Source of the DNA: a virus
Direction: 5' to 3' (one strand)
Virus record (IMG/VR): IMGVR_UViG_3300030104_003924
Location: 15,495-79,494 of that record
DNA: 64,000 nt
Part shown: piece after piece, positions 19,454-30,796 of the stretch
How the letters are laid out: each line of letters begins with the position of its first letter
Numbering within the stretch: position 1 is the first letter of the stretch
Translations under genes and position numbers: made by a program
Notes under the pieces: generated by a model
The model's input: the letters and a program-made list of their open reading frames with translations, nothing else
Told to the model about the DNA's origin: nothing
Database searches by the model: none

Positions 19454-22400
19454 ATGCCTGAAATGAAACACAACTTTCAGAGAGGTCGAATGAATAAAGA
19501 CCTTGACGAGAGACTAGTACCAGATGGTGAGTATAGAGACGCGTTGAATATTGAGGTGTCTACCTCGAATGACTCTAATCTTGGAACTGTACAAACCCTT
19601 AAAGGTAATTTATTTCTTCCAGGTCAATTACAAAGTGGTACCTGTATTGGTTCTATAGCTAACGATAGAGTTAATAAATTATACTTCATGGTTGCTGGTG
19701 ATACTAGAGATGTTATAGTTGAATATGACTATGATACAGAAACATTTTTACCGGTATGCGTTGATAATCATGCGCAACAAGGTGTTAGAGCGTTAAACTT
19801 TAATTCTGACTTTTTAATTACAGGTATTAATATTATTGAAGATTTATTATTTTGGACGGACAACAACTCTGAGCCTAAAAGAATAAACATAACAAGAGGA
19901 AAAGCGGGTAGTTCTAACTGGACTACCCATACTAGTTTAATGGTAACTGATACTTCGGTTAACGCGGCTCCCAACGCGCTCGTTAACACAGGTAAACCCA
20001 TAGAAGAACAACATTTAACGGTTATAAAAAAAGGACCGCCAGCTGCCCCGGTTTTAGAGATGATCGATACTTCGTTTGGTGATGAAGATGGCGATGGAGA
20101 TGTTGGTGGTGACGAGTTAAATAGAGAGTGTACTGTTGGGATGGGTGGAACTATGGATCAGTTTGTAGATATAAATACTGGTCAAATTGCTGCTGGTAGT
20201 CAAATAGTGATAAGTGTAGTTGGTGATTTAGACGGGGATACCGGTTATCAAGCTGGTACTGATTTTGTGGCTGGAGATTACATAATTGTCTACGCTTGGG
20301 ACGACACTTCTGTTAAGGTTAGGTTAAAAGTTGTTAGTGGCGGTTCTATTGGTTATACTTGTAAAATATTATCTGGGGACATAGAGATAACAGATTACGA
20401 AAGATTAATGGTAAAACTCGAGCAAAAAGATCCTCTTTTTCAGTTTAAATTTGTAAGATTTGCTTGTAGATATAAATATGAAGACGGGGAATACTCAGCG
20501 TTTTCACCTTTTACCCAGCCAGCCTTTTTACCTGGAAAATTTAACTATGTACCAAAGGAGGGCTATAATCTTGGTATGTTTAATAATTTAAGAAAACTAG
20601 CTATAAGAGATTTTGTACATGATAGACAAATAACCGATGATGTTGTTGCTATTGACATTTTGTATAAAGAATCAAATTCTCCTAATATTTACTCTGTAAA
20701 AACTATAAAAAAAAGAGACTATAACCAAAACAAATGGGACGAGTGGAATGGTATATCTAGCACTGAACTTTTAAACCCAGCTAATGCATCGTACTGGAAC
20801 AACACTAAAGGTAGGGTTAAAGGATATATGCCTATATTAACAGAGTTAATACACGCTGTTCTACCTGCAAACCAACTGCTTAGACCTTGGGATAATGTTC
20901 CTAGAAAAGCTCTAGCTCAAGAGGTGATAGGAAATAGATTGGTTTATGGTAACTATTTACAAAATTATAATTTTCAAAATTCTAATAATAGTCATATAAA
21001 AGTAGATATACAAACAACCCTACATAGCGCTACCGTTGGTGATCAATTTCCTCAAGAATTACCCGTTGGTTTATTGGACCACATGGAGTATAATCCTGCT
21101 AAATCCATTAAATCACTTAGAACTTATCAAGTAGGTGTTGTTTATTTAGATGAATATGGAAGAGAAACGCCTGTTTTTTCTGAAGACAAGCAGGGCACTA
21201 GTAATGCAAGTAATGTAACAACTCAATCTTCTATATATATAGAAAAGGTTAAAGCGCCTAAAAGAAACGCCTTGCAGGTAACAATGAGAAACAACCCGCC
21301 AAGTTGGGCTACCCACATGAAGTTTTTTATTAAAGAAACATCTAACGAGTATTACAATTTATGTATGGACCGTTGGTATGACGCTGAAGATGGTAATATT
21401 TGGCTATCATTTCCAAGTGCTGACAGAAATAAAGTAGATGAAGAAACTTTTTTGATACTTAAAAAAGAACATGATAATAGTGAGTTTGTTCACGAGCCTG
21501 GTAGGTATAAAATTATAGCTATAGAAAACGAAGCGCCTAGATTTATTAAACTACAAAATATTTCCATGGGTTCTATTGTTGATTTCTATGACAACTCTGA
21601 TCCAGCAAATGCTTTTTGGCAATTAGGACCAAACGCAAATGGTTTTCCAGGATCTTCAAGTAGTAGTTTACACTCTTTTCAAGTTAACGTGCATAAAACA
21701 GCGTTTGAAGCAGCTGGTTGGAAAGAAAGTTTGATAAATCAAGATATATCTCAATGTTTTTTTAGAATGGTTGGAGCAGGTGTTGGTACTAGTAAATGGT
21801 ACAGAGTAAAACAAATTACTTGGGACGGTGGAGATGGAACATATGTTATAAAATCCGGAAAACAGTTTGGTGGAGATATGGAGTTTACATCTGCAGATGG
21901 TACATATCTCAATAGATTAACAAATTTGGAGTTACAAGTAATGAAAAAAATACCTGAAGACAGAGCAGAGTTTGACGGTAGATTTTTCGTAAAAATATTA
22001 AAAGATGGAACGTTAATAAATAGACTTGGTATTAGTTCTACGGTACAAGATAATTTAGTTGTAACCGCTAGTATGAGAGTTCAGTATATATCTCCATTTG
22101 CAGAACATCAACCTAGTGGAGGTTGGCATGGCTACGGCACTGAACAGTATAAAATATCTATTGACTCTGGTAGTGGTAGTCACGAATTTCACCCACCTGG
22201 TTATGACGGTGGTGATGGCCAAAAATTTTGGAAAATGGCTGGAGATGACGAAGACTCAGCTTCTACTAGTGCTTCTTCTGGTTGGTTTATAGATAAAGTT
22301 GAGGCTTTTAGACCGTTAAAAGGATCAGTCAAGCATTTTATTGGGTTTGCTAATGAGGATAAAGTTAAATGGACCGCTGCTCAAAGCTCTGATAGTGTTA

Positions 22401-25400
22401 ACTGGCAGTATGATTGGGGTAATCCTATAAAAAAATTATTACAAGCAACTGGTATTGGTACATACGGATATGGTAGTGGTAATTATTTAGACATGGGTAT
22501 AAAAGGACCTCCTTCATCACTAACGTCGCAACACGACGTTTCTAAAAGTCACGGTATTAATAAAGACATTGGTTTGATACATCTTTCTTATGCTGGTTTA
22601 AATACGTCTGAGAGTGGTGGTAATTATTCTGGGGCAAGTGATGGTTATAGTAATGATAATTGGGACTTCAAGCAAGGCGCTAAGCATAGTATTGATTTAG
22701 CATTTATTGATAAAATTAGAGAAGCAGGTACAATATGGAGGTGGCGAGAAGATCCGGGTCAAGTTGTATATAGAACCATAGTTGGAACAGCGGATAATCA
22801 AGCGAGTAATTATACCGCAGCCATGATGGGTAGAGAAAAAATGGATAGAGACGGCGGGTGGGGAGTTTTTCTTTATAATTACGCTAAAATTAATGATTAT
22901 ATTATAGAAGATCACCATTGTCACTCCGCAAAATGTTGTGGAATTCAAAACCACTGGTGGAAAACAGATTTTGGAAGTAGAAACATTAGTGATACAAGTT
23001 GTTCAGGTTGTAGTCTTGGTTTTAGCGCTTGTTGTTGGACTGGTTACAGTCTTGAAGTATCTCTAAGTGATTTAACGGGACACGGTGGTACGGGTGGCGC
23101 TGGAGCATGGGACACAAGCGCTTGGATTAGCACTTTTGGTCAATGGCCTGTACATAGAAAATTTCCAACTGGTATTCACGATTGGCAGACTTGTTATAAT
23201 AGACGTAGAAGATTTGCTATTTTTGCAGAGGTTTTAGAAACAGGTGGCAAAATAGGCTCTGTTGGTCCGCATTATTACTCTCCAACAAACGATCCAAAGC
23301 TACCACCACACTTCGATGTTAACGCAAATCCTATAACAGCCTTTCCAACTGGACACGCTTTAGCCGGTCAAACTTTTGAATCACAAGGTTCTATAGCCCC
23401 TGGTATTAGACCAGATGGTATGTATTCTGGGTATAATAATCACCCAGGTGGACCTTATACTTTTGATAAAGGAGATGGAAATGGTGCTCAATCAATAGAT
23501 CAAATACCAGAGTTCAAACGTTGGGACGCTAACCACGCTACTAATAACATGGCTCCTAGACAATCTGGAGAGCCTGGTAGTGTTACTTTTGAAATTTTAG
23601 AACACTTTGAAGAAGATTCTGAGAAATTTACTAGCACAAACCCAGCTATATGGGAGACAGAACCAAAAGAAGATGTTGGATTAGACATATATCACGAAGT
23701 AGGACAAATATACCCTATATATCTTAATAATGACACTATAGAACAATTTGTTGGGCCAGTCCATATAGATATATCGCGCAACTCCTATGTCCAATGTTGG
23801 GACCCTCCATACGCACCGGGTAACAACGGTGGAACTATAAACTTAGCAGTAAACGGAATTAGAGATGTAAGGGTATTAGCTGCTAAAAATAATTATGTTC
23901 GTTTAGGTGTCGTGCAGGGCAACGCTTGGATAGCTCCAGAAGTTTATATGGATATAACTGGTGGTGGTTATCCTTCTATAGTTCCTCCTATTGGTTCTTA
24001 TTTAATATTTCACAGAGCAGATGGAGGTAGAACAGAAGCGCACGTTGGTCCAAATACTTACACGGTTCCGGGAGAAGGAACTTGGTTTGAGTTAGTTGGA
24101 ATGCCTGGCGAAGTTGGTGTTCATAGTAAACAAATAAGATTACCTTGGTATAATTGCTATTCTTTTGGTAATGGTGTAGAATCTGATAGAATAAGAGATG
24201 ATTTTAATCAAGTTACAATAGATAATGGACCAAAAGCATCTACAACATTAGAGCAACCATATTTAGAGGAAAGAAGAACAAATGGGTTTATATGGTCAGG
24301 TTTATATAATTCAACGAGTGGTGTTAATGATTTAAACCAATTTATTGCGGCTGAAAAAATAACTAAAGATACAAACCCTTCTTATGGTAGTATTCAAAAA
24401 TTACACGCTAGAGATTCGGACCTAGTTGCTTTTTGTGAAGATAGAGTTTTAAAAGTATTTGCAAATAAAGACGCTTTATATAACGCTGATGGAAATCAAA
24501 ATTTAGTATCTACAAATAGAGTTTTAGGTAATATAAGACCTTTTATTGGCGATTACGGTATATCTTTAAACCCAGAATCATTCGCTTCTGATTCACATAG
24601 AGCATATTGGTCTGATTCAAGTAGAGGTGCTATCCTTAGATTATCTCAAGATGGTATCACGGCGATATCACAAGCTGGAATGGATGATTTCTTTTCTGAT
24701 CATTTAGCTGAAACAGGAAATTACAATATAATTGGTAGCTTTGACGATGACAAAGGTGAGTATAATATTACGTTAGAATCAATACTTTATAATTATGAGG
24801 CTCCAGTTGGCCCATGTGGAACTGGTACTTCAGTGGTAGGTGGCACTACAACTACAACTACAGCCACAACCGTTTTAAATGACGGTCCAACACCAACCCC
24901 AGGGAATCCTCTTGGTGATTACCAAAGATATGGTGGTGCTGTAGATGCGTGGGCAACGTATATGGAGAGCGGCGGAACTTGTACTAATTGGTGGGTAAAT
25001 CAAAGCACGGGTGTTGGACAGTGCGTGCAAAACATTGGTTTAGCCGCTATACCACAAAACACTATCGGAGGTGGAAGCACTGGTACGTCTAATTTTTACA
25101 ACCATCAAAGAGGCTGGGCTGGTATACAAGGCGGTAGCAACCACCCAGTAGGCGTAGGGCACGGCCAACAAGGTCTTATAGCGAATCAAGATTTAACAAA
25201 TCCTATAACGCTCTGGTTTAACAAGATAACGTGTGGACATGGGGCTGCTCCTGCAATAGATGCCACTTCTAATTTCGACGCTTTAATATTAGCTTTAAAC
25301 AACAATGGGCCTGGTAACGTTTATTTATATCAAACACATAGAAACGCTAACTACTCTCTGTATGCTTCTTCTTGGGCTGGATATACTCAAAACTGGCCTA

Positions 25401-28216
25401 ACAACTGGCCTCACGCACATCAACCAGAAACTATTTATTCTATACAAAGTATAAGTTACGATGCAACTACGGAGGCTTATGAACTTGTTGTTGATTGGTT
25501 AGTTGGTTATAGTGGTTTTTCAGATTTTAATACTTTCGTTTGGTCTTTAGAAGGACCAGGAGGAGGAAACGGGAACACAACGTCCACGTCAACTGTTCAA
25601 AGCATGATTAGTGATGTTAATTATACTCTATCTTTTAGCGAAAGAAGTAAAGGTTGGGTTTCTTTCAAATCTTGGAATCATGAAAATGGAATAAGTTTAA
25701 ACAATAGTTATTATACGTTTAAAAACGGGATGATGTATCAACATCACATCAATGAAACTCATAATAATTTTTATGGAAATCAATTCGAATCATCTATAGA
25801 CGTTCTTTTAAACAAAGCCCCTGGAAGTGTTAAAAGCTATTCTACATTTAATTACGAAGGTTCACAAGCTAGAATAACACCTGGTATAAACAATAATCCA
25901 GATTACTATGACAACCTTCCTAAAGACGGTTGGTATATAGATAATGCTTATTCTGACGCACAAGAACTAGGTAATTTAGAATTTTGGGATAAAGAAAACA
26001 AATGGTTTGCCCAAGTAAAAGGTGTTACTACGCAGTGGTTAAACGATGGAACCGCTGGTAATATAGATCCTAGAGAGTTCTCTTTCCAAGGCATTGGTAA
26101 TTCTTACGCGGTTAGTTGCCCAAAGTGTCCAACTGTATCAACTTGGGATTGCGTTGTTGGTAATAACGGTTGCGAGTGTCAGCCTGTAGCTGGAAGTGGG
26201 GGTCAGTTTGCTACACTAGATGAGTGCAGATGTTCTACTACTTGTTGCGGTGAAGATTATACTCAACCATCTTATACTTGTGATGGTCAAGGTTTCTGTA
26301 CTGATCCTGGTGATGGCAGTGGTCAATATTCAACTTATTGTGATTGTGTTGAAAATAGTATGTGCTGTAACGAGGGTGTTGCTTATACGTATGGGTGTGG
26401 ATCTAACTTAACACAACCTTCTAGTTATATATTTGGTTGTATGGATGACGGTTTAACAACAGATCCTTTTATAACACAGCAACGACCTTTTGGATGGGTT
26501 GGACCAGCAACAACCTACAACTCAAACGCAAATGTTCATAGTTGTGATTGTAATTACAATACCGCTCAAAGCTGGGATTGTATAAAAGGTGATTGTGTAG
26601 AAATATTTAACGGAACAGGTCAATATCCTAGTTTGCTTGATTGTACTAATGATTGTGGAATTGATATTAATCCTTGTGATAACCAAAATATGGGATTACA
26701 AAAAATTGTAGTAAACCCAACAGCTATTGGAGGTGGTGATATACCTTGTTCTCAAACGGCTAGTGATGGCTCTGTTAGTATAATGGTTACTAACCAAAAC
26801 TCAACATCTCCAACACCTTTCACCCATTGGACCATGGAAATATATGACTCTGATTGGAGTGGTGGTTCTCCCACCGTGGGTAATCTTGTATATGCAGATC
26901 CAAATACTTACACAGTTGGTTCTTGGTCTAATGTTTACGTTGGACTAACTACTATACCTGCGGGTTCAACAGGATTTAACATTTATTATATAAAAGTTAC
27001 TGATAATAACGGCTGTGATTATGGGCCTTTTACTATAAGAGTTAACTGTAACGATACAGCTATCGATCCTTGTGACAGTTATCCTGGAGACATGAATTTT
27101 ACTTATCAAGGACATAGCGGAACGTGTTGTGGTAGGTGTAATACAATCTTGAATTCACCTTATGGTTCACTTCATCCTTGTTATGACTTTTGTGAAGAAT
27201 GGGTTGGTTGTTGCGAATCTGTTTACACACCTGATCCATGCGAGTGTGATCTTGATAATCATCCTATGGGCGCTACACCGTGGGATCCTGTAGCATCTCA
27301 ATATCTGAGTTACATGGTGGGTTATGTTGTAGAATGGCAGGGTAATTTCTATCATATGCTATCGACTGGTTTAAATATAGCTCCTGATCAAGCTGGTTCT
27401 AAATGGCAACTTTGTACATCTACATGTGGTGTTTATGATCCAAACGCGCTTGACCCTACTGATCCTTACGTAGGTATGAATCTTACTGATTTTGTTTTAA
27501 CAGGAGATGGAACCACAAACGCAACTCCTGCGGACGAAGATCCTGCTCTTGATAATGTATTAACGTTTGACGATCTTTTAGGTAGTGGTAGTACAGATCC
27601 TTGTAACGGCCTACCTTCTGGAACTATTAATGCTTGGTCAACTTACACTGTTGGTGCTCCTTTCAACTATTCTGTCAACTGTGAGTTTAATACAGAATTA
27701 TCTTATTTACCACCAATGTCATATAATAATGGTCACGATTACGGGGAAATACTTAAGTGGCTTAGTAAGCTTAGCAACGGTTGGACTAGTGTAGATACTA
27801 GAACCACTAGACAATGTTTAAAATCTAATTTTACTTATCTCCAATCTTTACAGGGCTTAATTGATAGTGACCATTGTCCTTGTACAACTAGTGATGGCTT
27901 GCAAGGTTCTTGGTATACAGAGTTTACTTTTAGACATTCCAGAGATTTCTTTATTAATTCAAATGGAGCGTGGGAAGCTCAAAACACTATAACAGAATGG
28001 TCATGGCAAGATTTTGTTAACGCTTGTTTAGCCACGGGTGATCCTATATACTCTGGAATGGCGGTTGGTTTAGATTGGGATCAAACACACGCTTTGTGGA
28101 ATCAAAACTGGTCAAATTTAGGTTCGCCACAGTCTTACGTTGGTCCTTTTACTCCTGGTATGGTTAAACCAATGGACAAGGGAATGAGCCATTGTCATTG
28201 TGAAACTTGTCCTTAA
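19454..28216 (+). CDS. Tail nozzle/'stabilization' protein with large insertions and a Cys-rich C-terminal extension (2920 aa)
   Basis: N-terminal GRMNKDLDERLVPDGEYRDALNI, LFWTDNNSEPKRIN, GNRLVYGNY, NGVESDRIRD, YGISLNPESFA, KENKWF, FSFQGIG. This motif order is typical of Bacteroidota podovirus nozzle proteins. Confidence 0.8.
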   Translation: MPEMKHNFQRGRMNKDLDERLVPDGEYRDALNIEVSTSNDSNLGTVQTLKGNLFLPGQLQSGTCIGSIANDRVNKLYFMVAGDTRDVIVEYDYDTETFLPVCVDNHAQQGVRALNFNSDFLITGINIIEDLLFWTDNNSEPKRINITRGKAGSSNWTTHTSLMVTDTSVNAAPNALVNTGKPIEEQHLTVIKKGPPAAPVLEMIDTSFGDEDGDGDVGGDELNRECTVGMGGTMDQFVDINTGQIAAGSQIVISVVGDLDGDTGYQAGTDFVAGDYIIVYAWDDTSVKVRLKVVSGGSIGYTCKILSGDIEITDYERLMVKLEQKDPLFQFKFVRFACRYKYEDGEYSAFSPFTQPAFLPGKFNYVPKEGYNLGMFNNLRKLAIRDFVHDRQITDDVVAIDILYKESNSPNIYSVKTIKKRDYNQNKWDEWNGISSTELLNPANASYWNNTKGRVKGYMPILTELIHAVLPANQLLRPWDNVPRKALAQEVIGNRLVYGNYLQNYNFQNSNNSHIKVDIQTTLHSATVGDQFPQELPVGLLDHMEYNPAKSIKSLRTYQVGVVYLDEYGRETPVFSEDKQGTSNASNVTTQSSIYIEKVKAPKRNALQVTMRNNPPSWATHMKFFIKETSNEYYNLCMDRWYDAEDGNIWLSFPSADRNKVDEETFLILKKEHDNSEFVHEPGRYKIIAIENEAPRFIKLQNISMGSIVDFYDNSDPANAFWQLGPNANGFPGSSSSSLHSFQVNVHKTAFEAAGWKESLINQDISQCFFRMVGAGVGTSKWYRVKQITWDGGDGTYVIKSGKQFGGDMEFTSADGTYLNRLTNLELQVMKKIPEDRAEFDGRFFVKILKDGTLINRLGISSTVQDNLVVTASMRVQYISPFAEHQPSGGWHGYGTEQYKISIDSGSGSHEFHPPGYDGGDGQKFWKMAGDDEDSASTSASSGWFIDKVEAFRPLKGSVKHFIGFANEDKVKWTAAQSSDSVNWQYDWGNPIKKLLQATGIGTYGYGSGNYLDMGIKGPPSSLTSQHDVSKSHGINKDIGLIHLSYAGLNTSESGGNYSGASDGYSNDNWDFKQGAKHSIDLAFIDKIREAGTIWRWREDPGQVVYRTIVGTADNQASNYTAAMMGREKMDRDGGWGVFLYNYAKINDYIIEDHHCHSAKCCGIQNHWWKTDFGSRNISDTSCSGCSLGFSACCWTGYSLEVSLSDLTGHGGTGGAGAWDTSAWISTFGQWPVHRKFPTGIHDWQTCYNRRRRFAIFAEVLETGGKIGSVGPHYYSPTNDPKLPPHFDVNANPITAFPTGHALAGQTFESQGSIAPGIRPDGMYSGYNNHPGGPYTFDKGDGNGAQSIDQIPEFKRWDANHATNNMAPRQSGEPGSVTFEILEHFEEDSEKFTSTNPAIWETEPKEDVGLDIYHEVGQIYPIYLNNDTIEQFVGPVHIDISRNSYVQCWDPPYAPGNNGGTINLAVNGIRDVRVLAAKNNYVRLGVVQGNAWIAPEVYMDITGGGYPSIVPPIGSYLIFHRADGGRTEAHVGPNTYTVPGEGTWFELVGMPGEVGVHSKQIRLPWYNCYSFGNGVESDRIRDDFNQVTIDNGPKASTTLEQPYLEERRTNGFIWSGLYNSTSGVNDLNQFIAAEKITKDTNPSYGSIQKLHARDSDLVAFCEDRVLKVFANKDALYNADGNQNLVSTNRVLGNIRPFIGDYGISLNPESFASDSHRAYWSDSSRGAILRLSQDGITAISQAGMDDFFSDHLAETGNYNIIGSFDDDKGEYNITLESILYNYEAPVGPCGTGTSVVGGTTTTTTATTVLNDGPTPTPGNPLGDYQRYGGAVDAWATYMESGGTCTNWWVNQSTGVGQCVQNIGLAAIPQNTIGGGSTGTSNFYNHQRGWAGIQGGSNHPVGVGHGQQGLIANQDLTNPITLWFNKITCGHGAAPAIDATSNFDALILALNNNGPGNVYLYQTHRNANYSLYASSWAGYTQNWPNNWPHAHQPETIYSIQSISYDATTEAYELVVDWLVGYSGFSDFNTFVWSLEGPGGGNGNTTSTSTVQSMISDVNYTLSFSERSKGWVSFKSWNHENGISLNNSYYTFKNGMMYQHHINETHNNFYGNQFESSIDVLLNKAPGSVKSYSTFNYEGSQARITPGINNNPDYYDNLPKDGWYIDNAYSDAQELGNLEFWDKENKWFAQVKGVTTQWLNDGTAGNIDPREFSFQGIGNSYAVSCPKCPTVSTWDCVVGNNGCECQPVAGSGGQFATLDECRCSTTCCGEDYTQPSYTCDGQGFCTDPGDGSGQYSTYCDCVENSMCCNEGVAYTYGCGSNLTQPSSYIFGCMDDGLTTDPFITQQRPFGWVGPATTYNSNANVHSCDCNYNTAQSWDCIKGDCVEIFNGTGQYPSLLDCTNDCGIDINPCDNQNMGLQKIVVNPTAIGGGDIPCSQTASDGSVSIMVTNQNSTSPTPFTHWTMEIYDSDWSGGSPTVGNLVYADPNTYTVGSWSNVYVGLTTIPAGSTGFNIYYIKVTDNNGCDYGPFTIRVNCNDTAIDPCDSYPGDMNFTYQGHSGTCCGRCNTILNSPYGSLHPCYDFCEEWVGCCESVYTPDPCECDLDNHPMGATPWDPVASQYLSYMVGYVVEWQGNFYHMLSTGLNIAPDQAGSKWQLCTSTCGVYDPNALDPTDPYVGMNLTDFVLTGDGTTNATPADEDPALDNVLTFDDLLGSGSTDPCNGLPSGTINAWSTYTVGAPFNYSVNCEFNTELSYLPPMSYNNGHDYGEILKWLSKLSNGWTSVDTRTTRQCLKSNFTYLQSLQGLIDSDHCPCTTSDGLQGSWYTEFTFRHSRDFFINSNGAWEAQNTITEWSWQDFVNACLATGDPIYSGMAVGLDWDQTHALWNQNWSNLGSPQSYVGPFTPGMVKPMDKGMSHCHCETCP

Positions 28217-28234
28217 TAATAAATAATAAATATA

Positions 28235-30790
28235 ATGGCGAAATATAAGAAAGACAAAAGTAAAAGTGTAAAATCAAGATCGGAAAGACCTTTGAGGACA
28301 GAGGTAAGAAATGATGTCAGAGGTGGTGATGAACCGAGAGATGATAGTGTTGGACCATTAGGTATAGGTGATTTATTGCTAGAACCTATAGGTGAAACTA
28401 GAGGTAACACTGGTAGACCTGACACTGGAGGTCCTGGCAACACCGGTGCGCCTACTGGAGGTGGCGAGCCAATGGTTGATATATCTATAGGCGCGGATAT
28501 TGGCGCTTCTGAACAGGGTTATATCGACGCTGTTAACAAGTATGATCACGACGGCCACGATCACCATGACCAAGACGACATGACAAACGTTCAAGATCAT
28601 GCTAGTAACATGATCTTTAACACTCTATCGTGTCCATGCTCAACTAAAGCCATAGAATTAGATAATGGTGTAATTGCTTGTGAAAAAAATAATTTTGGAG
28701 AAGTTACAGTTATAAACGCTATACCTGTACATAACCATCTTATAGCTGGTTTAAAGCCAAAAATTAGAGACAAATGGAGATGTATTGATGTGAGATGTAG
28801 TGAAGGTGAGTTTAAATGGGAATCGCTGTATATTGTTAGCGTTGTAGAAAGTATTGATAACAATATTAACACGTCTATTCTTAACTCTAAAATATCAACC
28901 TCTAATTGTTACATTCCAAGATCAAGCGTTGTAGATTCGAACGATTACATTGTTTCAAATGGTTTAAACTTAGAGAAATATGCGCAAAATTTAATATCGG
29001 GCGGGGTTAACGTTCCAACTAGCGGTTTTAATATAGATGAAAACATTGGCCCAGATAAAAATAATCCAGTTTTTAAAACTAAAGAACAAGCTTGGTGGTT
29101 TAAATTTTCATCCGGCGTGGGTGCTAGTCTAAAAGACCTAGACCTACGTTTAGACGCATATGATTATGATTTTAATGGTGTTAAGGGTTACACTAACGAT
29201 CCTTATTCTAGCACTATAAAAATAATAAATAAAGCAACTTTAAATGGAAGAAACCTTGTGTTTGAAAATGATCAATCTGGAATTCAAAACAATTATCCAC
29301 ACAAAGCTTATAACCCAATAATAGGTTCTAATGGTGGAACAATAAAGTTAAATTTAACAGGTAGAAACAAACCGGTGTTTAGTGTTAGCATAAAAAATAG
29401 TGAGGGTAGAAACGTTTTAAAACAACAAGTAAAAGATGTATCTAGTGACAACTACAATCTACAACAAAGCATACCAGCATTACCACCTGGAAAAACTAGT
29501 GAAGAATACACGGTAGAAATTAAAACTAGCTCTGACACTAAGTTTGATTTTTTTGGATTTTTAAACAATAGGGTAATAAAGTCAAAAATATATCAATACG
29601 CTAGACCAACTTTCACCTTGTCTCCTTCCGCGCCTAATTTAGCGTCAGTAGATAATTATGCCACAGCGGGTTCAGGTACGGCTTCTGCGACTGGAGAAGC
29701 ATTGTCGCATGTAACATCTTATAATAGATCAATATCGTATTTACCCTGGGTGCATACTACAACCATAACTCGAAGTAGTGGTAGTAAAAATCTTTATGTA
29801 AGTAAAATTCCTAAAGTAAAAGATGTTGTGACTAATGGCAATGTAATAAAAAAAGAAGTTATAAGTAGTGAGGGAAGAGAGGTTTTGGTTATACAAAGTT
29901 CTGATTCTAGTGATGGCTCGACTATATCTAACACTGGGGATGTTGCTGTTGGAATGAAAGTAAAAGGAACTACCACTAAAACAAAAGAAGTTATTGGTTT
30001 TATAGATATAGATAAAAACGAAGACCCTTGTTATGATTTTACAGATGAAATTTATACAAATAGGTTTGAAATAATAAATAGTGAAAGCGATATTTTCGCT
30101 GGAATGTCGGTAACGGGTGTAAACGCTAATAACGAGATTTTTTATAGCGTTTTAGCTTCTGTTGATAGTCAAATTGGAGGTAAGTCATGTATAACTTTAG
30201 AAAACAAACAAGTGCTTGACAAAGGTGCGGAGTTAACGTTTACTTATAGAGCGTTGGCAAGTGTCTTGAGGGTGACGGAAACTAGTCAAGGCGCATTATT
30301 AGTGTTAAATGATGTGGTTAGTTTCCCTAGCAAGACTACGTTAGAATTTACAAGTGGAAATGAAGCTTATATTGATGGTCAAATTACCCACACCCAAACA
30401 GGTGGTAATTCTTTAGTAATAACAACAACTATTGATGAGGTTAAATTTGGACATGAAGACGTTACATTTACTCTTAATATTGAAGATTTTGTAACTGTAA
30501 CGCCTCCAGCTAGAGATCAAAAGGTGTTTGTAGGTAAAGATACCCCTAGACTTATTAATTTCACAGAAGGAGACACTAGTGATAACGCTCAAAGCATGAC
30601 TGTTAACATTATTAGAAATCCTAGCAATGGAACATTGACATCTTTAAGTAAAGGTGGTTCTCTTACATATCCTAATTTATCTTATTATACTCCCAGCGAA
30701 CATTTTACTGGCGAAGACAAAATAAGATTTACGCTTAGCGATGGAGTTGAAACTAGTGAAGAAAAAACAATTTTTATAACAATAAAATAA
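28235..30790 (+). CDS. Tail-associated structural protein with C-terminal Ig-like (Big_9/cadherin-type) domain
   Basis: C-terminal P.NGTL...YTPSEHFTGEDKIRFTLSDG and internal VGMKVKG/AGMSVTG modules. Confidence 0.65.
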   Translation: MAKYKKDKSKSVKSRSERPLRTEVRNDVRGGDEPRDDSVGPLGIGDLLLEPIGETRGNTGRPDTGGPGNTGAPTGGGEPMVDISIGADIGASEQGYIDAVNKYDHDGHDHHDQDDMTNVQDHASNMIFNTLSCPCSTKAIELDNGVIACEKNNFGEVTVINAIPVHNHLIAGLKPKIRDKWRCIDVRCSEGEFKWESLYIVSVVESIDNNINTSILNSKISTSNCYIPRSSVVDSNDYIVSNGLNLEKYAQNLISGGVNVPTSGFNIDENIGPDKNNPVFKTKEQAWWFKFSSGVGASLKDLDLRLDAYDYDFNGVKGYTNDPYSSTIKIINKATLNGRNLVFENDQSGIQNNYPHKAYNPIIGSNGGTIKLNLTGRNKPVFSVSIKNSEGRNVLKQQVKDVSSDNYNLQQSIPALPPGKTSEEYTVEIKTSSDTKFDFFGFLNNRVIKSKIYQYARPTFTLSPSAPNLASVDNYATAGSGTASATGEALSHVTSYNRSISYLPWVHTTTITRSSGSKNLYVSKIPKVKDVVTNGNVIKKEVISSEGREVLVIQSSDSSDGSTISNTGDVAVGMKVKGTTTKTKEVIGFIDIDKNEDPCYDFTDEIYTNRFEIINSESDIFAGMSVTGVNANNEIFYSVLASVDSQIGGKSCITLENKQVLDKGAELTFTYRALASVLRVTETSQGALLVLNDVVSFPSKTTLEFTSGNEAYIDGQITHTQTGGNSLVITTTIDEVKFGHEDVTFTLNIEDFVTVTPPARDQKVFVGKDTPRLINFTEGDTSDNAQSMTVNIIRNPSNGTLTSLSKGGSLTYPNLSYYTPSEHFTGEDKIRFTLSDGVETSEEKTIFITIK

Positions 30791-30796
30791 TAATAA

